The position numbers and the translations under genes are program-made. 20,000 nt of DNA from Priapulus caudatus (lineage: Eukaryota), in NCBI RefSeq assembly GCF_000485595.1, contig NW_014577072.1, forward strand, positions 923,181-943,180, in the 5' to 3' direction. Under the pieces are notes generated by a model. The model made no database searches and was not told where the DNA came from. It saw nothing but the letters and a program-made list of their open reading frames with translations. This document shows, piece by piece, positions 1-9,797 of the stretch (position 1 is its first letter; each line of letters opens with the position of its first letter).

Positions 1-123
1 TAAAGTTTCGATGCTGGTTCGGTACTAAATAATACAGATAACACTAACACACATTACCCACTAATTATCGAAGCTGAATTTCATGTTACTGTCTGCGGGT
101 AAGATATCGTAAATCTTGATAGG

Positions 124-133
124 TATATATATA
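124..133 (+). promoter_or_regulatory. TATA box of lectin paralogue A
   Basis: TATATATATA ~30 nt upstream of Inr-like TAGTC (A158); same spacing and flanking homology in paralogues B and C. Confidence 0.6.
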
Positions 134-157
134 CAGAGGGAAGCGCACACATTGAGT

Positions 158-209
158 AGTCGAATTTTCGAATTGACAACACTGGCCTGGATCTCACGCT
201 GCTGTTTAG
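158..209 (+). other. Non-coding exon 1 of lectin A (start inferred)
   Basis: Ends ctgctgtttag|GTAAGT (donor at 210); homologous to 3827-3870 and 15242-15289. Confidence 0.6.
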
Positions 210-377
210 GTAAGTCAGTAGACTTAGTACCCTAGAATATCCTATTTAGTTAAATCTATTTTTGAAGAGCTAGTACTATTATAAATTAAAGCTGGTAGTA
301 ATTTTGCAATGTTTAAATCAAATTGCTAAACTTATCGTGTAAATGTATGGCTGTATTTCGTTCGTGGTTAACAGTGA

Positions 378-380
<3 letters not shown>

Positions 381-438
<58 letters not shown>

Positions 439-449
439 TGTGTGGGTGT
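381..449. repeat. (TG)n microsatellite running into gap
   Basis: Directly visible. Confidence 0.95.
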
Positions 450-868
450 NNNNNNNNNNNNNNNNNNNNNNNNNNNNNNNNNNNNNNNNNNNNNNNNNNN
501 NNNNNNNNNNNNNNNNNNNNNNNNNNNNNNNNNNNNNNNNNNNNNNNNNNNNNNNNNNNNNNNNNNNNNNNNNNNNNNNNNNNNNNNNNNNNNNNNNNNN
601 NNNNNNNNNNNNNNNNNNNNNNNNNNNNNNNNNNNNNNNNNNNNNNNNNNNNNNNNNNNNNNNNNNNNNNNNNNNNNNNNNNNNNNNNNNNNNNNNNNNN
701 NNNNNNNNNNNNNNNNNNNNNNNNNNNNNNNNNNNNNNNNNNNNNNNNNNNNNNNNNNNNNNNNNNNNNNNNNNNNNNNNNNNNNNNNNNNNNNNNNNNN
801 NNNNNNNNNNNNNNNNNNNNNNNNNNNNNNNNNNNNNNNNNNNNNNNNNNNNNNNNNNNNNNNNNNNN
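450..868. other. Assembly gap (N run); expected to hide lectin A exons 2-4
   Basis: 419 Ns between exon 1 and exon 5 of paralogue A. Confidence 0.95.
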
Positions 869-893
869 TTCTATTTGCCGTCGAGACATATAT

Positions 894-956
894 TATCAAG
901 AGTACCATGATAGAATACGTTCATCTATCATGGTTTCCATCATGGTACTCTTGATA
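894..956. repeat. Hairpin / inverted repeat (22 bp arms, 1 mismatch) in lectin A intron
   Basis: tatcaagagtaccatgatagaa (894-915) vs ttccatcatggtactcttgata (935-956). Confidence 0.85.
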
Positions 957-1026
957 TTATTAATGTGCGCAAAAAATGTACGGAACGATAATTTCAAACA
1001 TTGTTTGCATAATCTCTATATGATAG

Positions 1027-1178
1027 TAACCTGGAGAAAGCCGACAAAACCACCAAGGAGCAACTGAAAGAACGCTGCAACAAGAAATCAGTCTGTAGCC
1101 TAAAACCCAGCAACGACCTGTGGGGCAGCGATCCCTGCCCGGGCACAGCTAAACTTCTCCGCATCGAATACGAATGCA
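1027..1178 (+). CDS. SUEL-type (rhamnose/galactose-binding) lectin paralogue A, exon 5
   Basis: TAG acceptor, GTGAGT donor; reads NLEKADKTTKEQLKERCNKKSVCSLKPSNDLWGSDPCPGTAKLLRIEYEC with the SUEL C-terminal DPCPGTxKxLxIxYxC signature; same 152 nt length as B exon 5. Confidence 0.9.
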
Positions 1179-1407
1179 GTGAGTAATCTGCAAAATTCTA
1201 TGAGCGAGACTTTCTCTTCGACACAGCGAGTGTTGATGTTTTTTACTTTCGATGACCTTATTTTTTTATTTGCTTGCTTACGAGCAATGTAATAGTCATC
1301 GTGTAGACGTCAATATCATAGATCTCAATAGAGATAATAAACTAACTAACGAACTTACTAAATCTATCAATACATAAATTGATTACACATAAAATACAAA
1401 CAGGCTC

Positions 1408-1504
1408 GCGCACGCACGCACACACACATAGACACACACGCACGCACACAAACACACGCACGCACACACGCACGCACACACGCACGCACGCACGCACGCA
1501 CACA

Positions 1505-1535
<31 letters not shown>

Positions 1536-1580
1536 TAACTAACAAACAAACACATACACACATACATACACTCACATGCG
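1408..1580. repeat. Compound (CA)/(CACG)n microsatellite in lectin A last intron
   Basis: Directly visible. Confidence 0.9.
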
Positions 1581-1645
1581 CGCGGATATATATATACAAA
1601 CTAATCTTTTATAATGAATTTATGCATTCATTTTTTATTTTTTAG

Positions 1646-1650
1646 AATAA
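1646..1650 (+). CDS. Lectin A terminal exon, coding part (completes Lys, then TAA); 3'UTR follows
   Basis: T-rich tract + TAG|AATAA; phase fits exon 5 (A+AA=Lys); downstream UTR aligns with B 6354 onward. Confidence 0.75.
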
Positions 1651-2811
1651 TTAGTCAGCCTCTAACCAAGTGACGTCATCTTGGACTTCCGGACATCTTT
1701 GCCAGTTCAAGAACCAAGACGGAGTTCATCTCAATATGAAGTTATCAATTACTTTCGATTTTTCATATTTCATATCTCGATTAAATTGAAACGGCGATGC
1801 CTTTCGGAAAGACGTTTGTTTATAACTCACGTACGGTGAATTTCTCTTATATTTGTAATATCAGTGAATTAAAATATAAAAGGTTTAGGAAAATTGGCAT
1901 TTTGCTACTGTGCGCATTCTGTTCACGACAAAATCTCTGCAAATGTTTGAAGAACTGCATATCCACCAGCACACATGCGATTAACACACATGCGCCCGCA
2001 CAGTGTCACACCTAACTGAATTACATATTCCAATAATGTCACACTGTCTCACTACCACACTTCAGTAATGCTAAAACGTTTACCTTGTCTTCCCTAATTT
2101 ACCTATACTGTATCAACAAACGTATGTTTGCCCAGTATCTGCCAAAGGAAACGTAATATTTTCCCGAAGTTATATACACTAAATGTAGAGATCATCAACT
2201 CCTTATAAATCTCTGTCCCGATTTCTCAATTTAAGAATCATGACAAGACGCCCGAGCTGTCATCCTGATTACAGTACTCGTCTTCACCCCAGAGATGCAC
2301 ACCTTTATAGGCACAGCCGCATATATTAATAGTGTTCGATGGCACACATTGGCGCATACTTGGTTTATATCGGGATGGGGGAGATATGACGCTGTTGAAC
2401 TAGGTAGCTGTGTGGATCAATTTACATGGATGGCATATAAAGTTGTTGTTAGACAGAAACACCAGCACCACCATATTTACATTTATATATGGTCATACAT
2501 ATGGGTCGGAGAATATCAGTGAGTAGCAGCACTTGCCGGTTGCAATCTGTTCGTACACTGCGATGACTCGTATGGTTAATATCGAGTTCTCTGCACAGTG
2601 TGCAGGAGCGTCTATTATTTGCGTTGTTTAAGTTCTGAATGTAGAAGCACAGTCGTAGTTAGTGAATCCAGGTGAGAGATAAGATTGCTGGACTAGTCTT
2701 TGTCGTCTCTCCAGACCGTACGTCTGGAAGAGAACTCTCTGTCATTTCTCTTCTTTCTTCTCCCCTCTCTTTGTCTCACTCTCTCCCCTCTCCCTTTCTC
2801 CATAACATAGC

Positions 2812-3370
2812 ACTTACACTAACACTAACCATAATCTTAACCCCAAACTTTGCCTCATGCTCAACCCTACACCTAGCCCAACTCCATAATATATTCCCAT
2901 TGCTCCAGAGTTAACCTAAACCTAAGTCTTATCATATTATATGCATATATATCATCACCAGAAGACAGACGACTAAGCAAAAAATACCAACCTATAATGT
3001 CTTGGCATGACCACGGCTCGTTGTCCAAAACAACCCCACGAAATACAATGCAATACCCACGCACCCCGTCGTGCAAACAACACTACAGGTTATGCGCGTT
3101 TGTAAATATACGATAAGTCTCCTTATTTGGCTCTCATACCACCCAATTCCTCCTCCGTAGTCTCCTTTCTCTAGTATTAACTTTAACCCTAAGCATTAAA
3201 CCTAATATCACTCTAATCCTTATCCTAACATTAAACAAACCTAACACTAGCTATAACCCTTACCCACACCCTATCGCTATCCGTAATCATAATCCTAACG
3301 TTAACCATGACCCTAATCCTAACACTGATCCTAAACCCTATTCAACCCTTACCCTTAAACTAACCCTAGC
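2812..3370. repeat. Degenerate (TAACCC)n-like hexamer tracts (about 2812-2926 and 3178-3370)
   Basis: 6-nt periodic taaccc/taatcc/taacac units. Confidence 0.7.
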
Positions 3371-3468
3371 TATAAAAGATATGTATAGATATAATTTATG
3401 TGTATATAATGTTATCAATTTATAATTATTAATATCATGCGCGAATGAAAAAATTGATATAACGAATA

Positions 3469-3472
<4 letters not shown>

Positions 3473-3520
<48 letters not shown>

Positions 3521-3548
3521 ATTATATATATTATATATATATATATAT
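3473..3548. repeat. (CA)n followed by (TA)n microsatellite
   Basis: Directly visible. Confidence 0.9.
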
Positions 3549-3796
3549 TTATCAACACAATACACATAACAAAGACACGAAATACGAATAAACCGGCATG
3601 AGTTACAAGGTTAATGTGACCTACATCTATATCTAGAACCAAATGTAATTAAATCGAACATGTCAGCTGTCCCAAGTCGTCATAATAACGCGAGTCACAT
3701 AATTTGCCGAATAATCAAGATTTCGATGCTGGTTCATTACTAAATAATACAGATACATGTTACGTGCGGGTAAGTAATTGTGAATCCTAGCACATG

Positions 3797-3802
3797 TATA
3801 TA
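3797..3802 (+). promoter_or_regulatory. TATA box of lectin paralogue B
   Basis: TATATA 30 nt upstream of Inr-like TAGTC (A3827); region 3715-3945 aligns with 1-320. Confidence 0.55.
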
Positions 3803-3826
3803 TTGAGGGAAGCGCATACTTTTAGT

Positions 3827-3870
3827 AGTCGAATTTTCGGATTGACAACACCTGAATCTCACTCTGCTGA
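3827..3870 (+). other. Non-coding exon 1 of lectin B (start inferred)
   Basis: GTAAGT donor at 3871; homologous to exon 1 of A and C. Confidence 0.55.
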
Positions 3871-4091
3871 GTAAGTAGTAAGTACTATAGAATATGTTAT
3901 ATTATTTAAATTTAATTTTGAAAGGCAAATAGTATTAAAATACAATCAGGTGTTTTTTTCTCTATAGTTTACATCTGCCACACTTGTCTTACGTATATAT
4001 GTGAGGATGTAGCGCTTTTGATCGCTTGCTAGAAGTGAATGTGTCTGTGCGGACGTACGAGTGTGTATTGTCTGCGTGCGCGCGCGTGTGT

Positions 4092-4887
4092 NNNNNNNNN
4101 NNNNNNNNNNNNNNNNNNNNNNNNNNNNNNNNNNNNNNNNNNNNNNNNNNNNNNNNNNNNNNNNNNNNNNNNNNNNNNNNNNNNNNNNNNNNNNNNNNNN
4201 NNNNNNNNNNNNNNNNNNNNNNNNNNNNNNNNNNNNNNNNNNNNNNNNNNNNNNNNNNNNNNNNNNNNNNNNNNNNNNNNNNNNNNNNNNNNNNNNNNNN
4301 NNNNNNNNNNNNNNNNNNNNNNNNNNNNNNNNNNNNNNNNNNNNNNNNNNNNNNNNNNNNNNNNNNNNNNNNNNNNNNNNNNNNNNNNNNNNNNNNNNNN
4401 NNNNNNNNNNNNNNNNNNNNNNNNNNNNNNNNNNNNNNNNNNNNNNNNNNNNNNNNNNNNNNNNNNNNNNNNNNNNNNNNNNNNNNNNNNNNNNNNNNNN
4501 NNNNNNNNNNNNNNNNNNNNNNNNNNNNNNNNNNNNNNNNNNNNNNNNNNNNNNNNNNNNNNNNNNNNNNNNNNNNNNNNNNNNNNNNNNNNNNNNNNNN
4601 NNNNNNNNNNNNNNNNNNNNNNNNNNNNNNNNNNNNNNNNNNNNNNNNNNNNNNNNNNNNNNNNNNNNNNNNNNNNNNNNNNNNNNNNNNNNNNNNNNNN
4701 NNNNNNNNNNNNNNNNNNNNNNNNNNNNNNNNNNNNNNNNNNNNNNNNNNNNNNNNNNNNNNNNNNNNNNNNNNNNNNNNNNNNNNNNNNNNNNNNNNNN
4801 NNNNNNNNNNNNNNNNNNNNNNNNNNNNNNNNNNNNNNNNNNNNNNNNNNNNNNNNNNNNNNNNNNNNNNNNNNNNNNNNNNNNNNN
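4092..4887. other. Assembly gap; expected to hide lectin B exon 2 (ATG exon)
   Basis: 796 Ns between exon 1 and exon 3 of B. Confidence 0.95.
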
Positions 4888-5054
4888 CAAACGTTCACTA
4901 GCAAAAATGTCGAGCGTAGACCTATTTGGAGCTGCTATTTTCACCTACGAATTCTGTCAAGTTATAGTCCGCCTTGTGGCATAACGAATTCATGTTGGAT
5001 TTATGGACATCTAAACAGCTTCTATTGTGTTGATATGGTTTCTTTTACCTGCAG

Positions 5055-5082
5055 GTTGGCGCTGCTGTCATCGTCTGCACAG
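5055..5082 (+). CDS. Lectin B exon 3 (28 nt; second half of signal peptide, VGAAVIVCT)
   Basis: ttttacctgCAG acceptor, GTGAGG donor; same length and phase as C 16117-16144. Confidence 0.8.
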
Positions 5083-5136
5083 GTGAGGCGCATAGTATAC
5101 CGAATGTGTAGAGAAACATATTTATTGGAAACAGGT

Positions 5137-5207
5137 GTCTATCTGTCTGTCTGTCTATCTGTCTGTCTGCCTGTCGATCTGTCTGTCTGCCTGTTTGTCT
5201 GTCTGTA

Positions 5208-5242
<35 letters not shown>

Positions 5243-5271
5243 ATGTATGTATGTATGTTTGTTTGTCTGAC

Positions 5272-5324
<53 letters not shown>

Positions 5325-5364
5325 GTCTGTCTGTCCGTCCGTCCGCCTGTCTGCCTGTCTTCCC

Positions 5365-5431
<67 letters not shown>

Positions 5432-5468
5432 CTCTCTCTCTCGCTCTCTCTCTCTCTTTCTCTGTCTG
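5137..5468. repeat. (TCTG)n then (TC)n microsatellite in lectin B intron 3
   Basis: Directly visible. Confidence 0.95.
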
Positions 5469-5494
5469 GCAGTAAGTCGGCCTGCCATAATTAT

Positions 5495-5557
5495 GTATAA
5501 TTACATGAGCGTATTAGTATTAAGAAGGCCTTCTTAATACGCTCATGATAATTATAC
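5495..5557. repeat. Palindrome (perfect 24 bp core 5517-5540, imperfect extension)
   Basis: gtattaagaaggccttcttaatac is self-complementary; flanked by catgagc/gctcatg and gtataatta/taattatac. Confidence 0.9.
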
Positions 5558-5578
5558 TAGTGTCTGTTTTTTTTGCAG

Positions 5579-5714
5579 CTGCTAAGCAAACAGATGTATG
5601 TGAGGATAAGATGGGGGTTCTGATATGTGGAGGCGGTCAGACCATTCGTGTCAGGGATGCCTGGTACGGTTCCACAAGAAATAGCAACTGCAGAGGCGAC
5701 ACTGCTAGGTGCAA
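5579..5714 (+). CDS. SUEL-type lectin paralogue B, exon 4
   Basis: poly-T CAG acceptor, GTAAGT donor; AKQTDVCEDKMGVLICGGGQTIRVRDAWYGSTRNSNCRGDTARC has the SUEL N-terminal CE...LxC...IxVxxAxYG pattern. Confidence 0.9.
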
Positions 5715-5926
5715 GTAAGTATAACGTGCAGTATTGATTGTTGATTTACGAAAAATCTAATATATCTATATATCACAAATATGCAATGTATGTTCGCACA
5801 TGTCTGTGCCATAACTGCATTTTGATAGTAGTGCTTTTGAGTATAGCAAACCTTTATCAGAGTTTAGCACACACACAAAATGCAATTGTCATTTAAACCC
5901 GCATTGGTATAATCTCCATATGACAG

Positions 5927-6078
5927 CACCCTAGAGAAAGCTAATAAAAGCATCATACGGGACCTGAAGGACCGCTGCAACAGGAAGTCAATGTGTACCA
6001 TGAGACCAGGCAACGACTTGTGGGGCAGTGACCCCTGTCCAGGAACCCGCAAACTTCTACGCGTAGATTACGATTGCA
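5927..6078 (+). CDS. SUEL-type lectin paralogue B, exon 5
   Basis: CAG acceptor, GTAAGT donor, phase 2 matches exon 4; TLEKANKSIIRDLKDRCNRKSMCTMRPGNDLWGSDPCPGTRKLLRVDYDC; exons 4+5 give the 8 Cys typical of the domain. Confidence 0.92.
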
Positions 6079-6237
6079 GTAAGTAATTACAAAAATTATA
6101 ATTATTATAATTATGAGTGTTATTATTATTATTACACCATTATTATAATTACAGAAACTGCCTAGATTGTTGATGAGCCATGATGCAATAAATGATAAAA
6201 TAATAACTAAATAATTATGTGTAATATTTTATGTATA

Positions 6238-6254
6238 NNNNNNNNNNNNNNNNN
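6238..6254. other. Small assembly gap within (TA)n
   Basis: 17 Ns. Confidence 0.95.
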
Positions 6255-6353
6255 TATATATATATATGTATAATATAATTGATAGATAGATAGATACATC
6301 ATTTGCAATTTGCCCTTTTTGCGCTTTCACCTTTGCACTTTTGTATTTTTCAG

Positions 6354-6358
6354 AATAA
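6354..6358 (+). CDS. Lectin B terminal exon, coding part (Lys-stop)
   Basis: Long polypyrimidine tract, CAG|AATAA; same arrangement as paralogue A. Confidence 0.78.
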
Positions 6359-6584
6359 TTCGTCTGCCTCCAACCAGACGACATTATCATGGACTGCCAA
6401 CCATCTTTTGCCGGTTCAGTAACTAATACCAAGCCCATGGAAATATTAAATAATCGGTTATTTCTCTACTCGTACATAGCTAAATTAAAATTAAACTAAA
6501 ACCCCATCTTTCTGTGAGATCTTGAGCAAAATCCCAACAACCATGTAAAATTTATCATCTAACTATAACATTAGGAGTGGAACA

Positions 6585-6590
6585 AATAAA
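6585..6590 (+). terminator. Candidate polyadenylation signal of lectin B
   Basis: First AATAAA after the stop (ATTAAA variants occur earlier). Confidence 0.35.
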
Positions 6591-7963
6591 TCTCGTAATA
6601 TCAATGATATAATGATATATATATGAATATGATTATAAAATATAAAAGGTTTAGGAAAGTTGCTTGCCTACTACTGTGTCATTACTGTTTGCTGGTAAAC
6701 CTTTTTAAGTGTTAGACAAATTGCGTACTCATCCGCACAGTTAGGAAACGCACACACGCAAGCCTGCACATTAGCACACGCTGCTATATATGAAAGTGTA
6801 CGCGAATAACGTCTATCACATTGCTATACTATTAAACGGCATTTCCATACTGTAACATATAGTTAGATCTGTGTTTGTGCTCACCCAATGCTGTCTCTGT
6901 CAAGGGAAATGTTATTTGATTGAATTTACACACTTTAAGCACAGATCACATGCTCATTAGTGGTGTGATATGAAAACTTCTAATCATATTTTCTCGATTT
7001 AATCATTATTATGAGCTTTTCTTTAATATTTTTGATTATGTATTTTTATAGAGATGTACACATTCGTAGACACAGTTGTTATCATTGTCAAGATTCGAAC
7101 ACGACGTGTATTTCGTTTATATCATATGCGAGATGTACGGTATATCGATGTGTTGTAATTGACAGTAATTAAATAGAACGAGTAGGCCTACCATTTACTT
7201 GAAAATAATTATAGGCATGTATTAGTCAGAACAATACAATCTGTATACACGCAGAGAAATACACACAGTTCAGAACAGAGTATATAGTAAGACGTGTAGT
7301 AGTAATACATAAATTGTTGAATTGAATTGTTCATATAATTGTATATCATTGCACAGTGCACTGCACACCTACTCACATCGTGTGAGCCATAGAAAGAGTA
7401 TCCTATTTACTCTCTCTGTACTATCATATGTGATGATGTACTCGTGAGTTTGAGAAAGCGCTACCATCTATAGCCGAATTGAATTCATGTGTACCATGGA
7501 TGTACATACATACATCTATTATGTGTTCAAACAGTAATACTTACACTAGCAAGACACCGCAGATTTCATTACGGGACGTCTGCGATCTGGTACTACATAA
7601 ATTATGGTACCCGACTGAAGCTGTGTTACATTTTCCCTTGCAATGATTCTCCTGTGTCTATGATAATGATGGCTATATCAGAAAGCCGCGACTATTAAGG
7701 ATACTGTTAGGGTTACGGACGGGTACACTGTAAAAAGCATTGCAACATAACTGCTCATCAAATTCAATCAAACTCATATCCATTACATAAGAAAGATGTC
7801 TCTCTACGCTCTCGATTTTTTTTAATGCATCGCTAATTAACCATGCGCAACAACAGCTCGAGATGCCCGCGACAGCCTATTCGTCGAATCATCCACAAAC
7901 GCAATATTTATAGGTATAACAACTAAACTCGCGGGCACGTGTATATCTTTCGCGTGGAGACCC

Positions 7964-8054
7964 ACAGGCACTTGGAGCGTTTCAATACAATATTCAATTA
8001 GCTAATATAATGCTTAAAATAAATCCGAAATCGCTATTTACTAGCGCAAGTCTT
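7964..8054 (+). repeat. Inverted, indel-rich copy of POMK 3'UTR/flank (reverse complement of about 9661-9733)
   Basis: acaggcacttggagcgtttcaata... matches the reverse complement of tattgaaacgctccaagtgcctgt; homology resumes at 9412-9458 after the A tract. Confidence 0.8.
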
Positions 8055-8832
8055 AAACAATTTATAAAAATAAAAAAAAATAAAAAAAAAAAAAAAAAAT
8101 ATTAAAAAAATAAAAAAAAAATAAAAAAAAATAAATAAATAAGAAAAAGATTTAAAATAATAATAAAAAAATAAAAATAAAAAAAAAAAATAATAAAAAA
8201 AAAAAAAAATATAAAAAAAATAAAAAATTAAATTAATAAATAAAAAATAAAAAAAAATATAATAAAAGATTAAATAAAAAAAACTAAAAAAACATAAATA
8301 ATAGAAAAAAAGATAAAAAAAAAATACTTATAAAAAAAAATATAGAAATACAATAAAATAAAATAAAAAAAAAATAGACAAAAAATAAATAAATAAAAAT
8401 AATAAAAATAGAAAAGAATAATGGAAAAAGTAAATAAAAAAAAAGAAGAAAAAATATATAAGAAAAAAAGAAAAAAAAAAATAAAAAAAAGAAAAAAAAA
8501 TAGTAAAAAAATTAAATAAATCAAAAAAAAAAAAAAAATTAAAAAAATAAATATAATAAAAAAAAAAATAATAAATAAATCATAAATAAAATAAATAGAA
8601 AAAAATTAAAAGAAAAAAAAAAAAAAAAATTATATAAAAAGAAAAAACAAAAAATTAAATATAAAAAAAAAAAAAAAAAAAATTTATAAATAAATAAAAA
8701 AAATTATAAAAAATAGTTATAAAAAAATAAAAAATAAAAAAGAAAAAAGAAAAAAAAAATAAATAAAAAAAAAAAAATAAAATAAAAAAAATAAAAAAAT
8801 AAGAATAAAAAATAAAAAAAAAAAAAAAAAAA

Positions 8833-8866
<34 letters not shown>

Positions 8867-9410
8867 AAAAAAATATAAAATAATAAAATAAAAAAAAAAA
8901 AAAAACAAAAAAATAAATATAAAAAAAAATAAAAAAATAAAAATATAAAAACAAAAAAAAACTTAAAATATATAGAGAAATATAGAAAAAAAATAAAAAA
9001 TAAATAAAAAAAAATAATAAAAATAAAACAAAAATTAAAAAAATAAATATTAATACACAAATAAAAATAAAAAAATAACTTAAAAAAAAAAAATACGAAA
9101 AAAAAAAGAATGAATTTAAAAAAAGTGAAATATAAGAAAGTCAAATAAAAAAAAAAAAAAAATTAAAAAAAAAGAAAATAAAAATTAAAAATAATAAACA
9201 AAAATAAATAAAAAAAAAAAAAATAAAATAAAATAATAAAAAAAGGTATAAAAAAAATAAGAAAAAAAAAAAACAAAATAAAAAAAAAAAATAAAAAACA
9301 AAAATAAAAAAAAAAAAACTTAAAAAAATAAAATAAAAAAAAAATAAAAAAAGGAAAAATAAAATAAAAAAAAAAAAATAAAAAAAAAAAAAAAAAAAAA
9401 TAAAAAAAAT
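8055..9410. repeat. ~1.35 kb aperiodic A-rich low-complexity tract (probable sequencing artefact)
   Basis: Almost only A with scattered T/G/C; no repeating unit. Confidence 0.9.
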
Positions 9411-9490
9411 GTTTTTGCTACTCTCCTTTCGCCTATTATGCCGACAATCTTCCTAGTACGAATTGTTCGTTGTTAAATGAATTATTTTTC

Positions 9491-9529
<39 letters not shown>
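9491..9529. repeat. (TAT)n microsatellite
   Basis: Directly visible. Confidence 0.95.
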
Positions 9530-9532
<3 letters not shown>

Positions 9533-9797
9533 GTATAAAACTATATATTTACGTGTCAGTGGGCGGCAGCGTGCATGCGGTGTACATGTGTGTTGCAGAT
9601 GAACATTTGCACGGCATTTACAGGAAATTGTCGGCAATAATAGACGAACGAGAGTAGAGAAAGAGACTTTGGTAGTAAATAGATTTCGTATTTATTTAGC
9701 ATTATATTTTATTGAAACGCTCCAAGTGCCTGTATGGAGACCGTCTGCGCAGTAGACGCGCTGCAGCCGATCTCTGCACGTTCGTGACGGGATTCAT

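Noticed and set aside
318..1067. Long ORFs spanning gaps (also 3946-5475 and 12931-13911)
   Set aside because: Open only because of N runs and dinucleotide repeats
5045..5500. RE/RQTD and LSVC repeat ORFs; likewise HT/CV and YL/IS repeat ORFs elsewhere
   Set aside because: Translations of microsatellites
8270..9144. Phe-rich minus-strand ORFs resembling membrane or mitochondrial proteins
   Set aside because: Translation of the poly-A tract; no real coding signal
7955..9410. 5'-truncated POMK retrocopy with poly(A) tail (3'UTR plus AATAAA followed by A tract; 9-nt inverted tggagaccc at its 5' edge)
   Set aside because: Homology to the genomic flank resumes after the A tract (9412-9458), the tract is implausibly long, and no target-site duplication is visible
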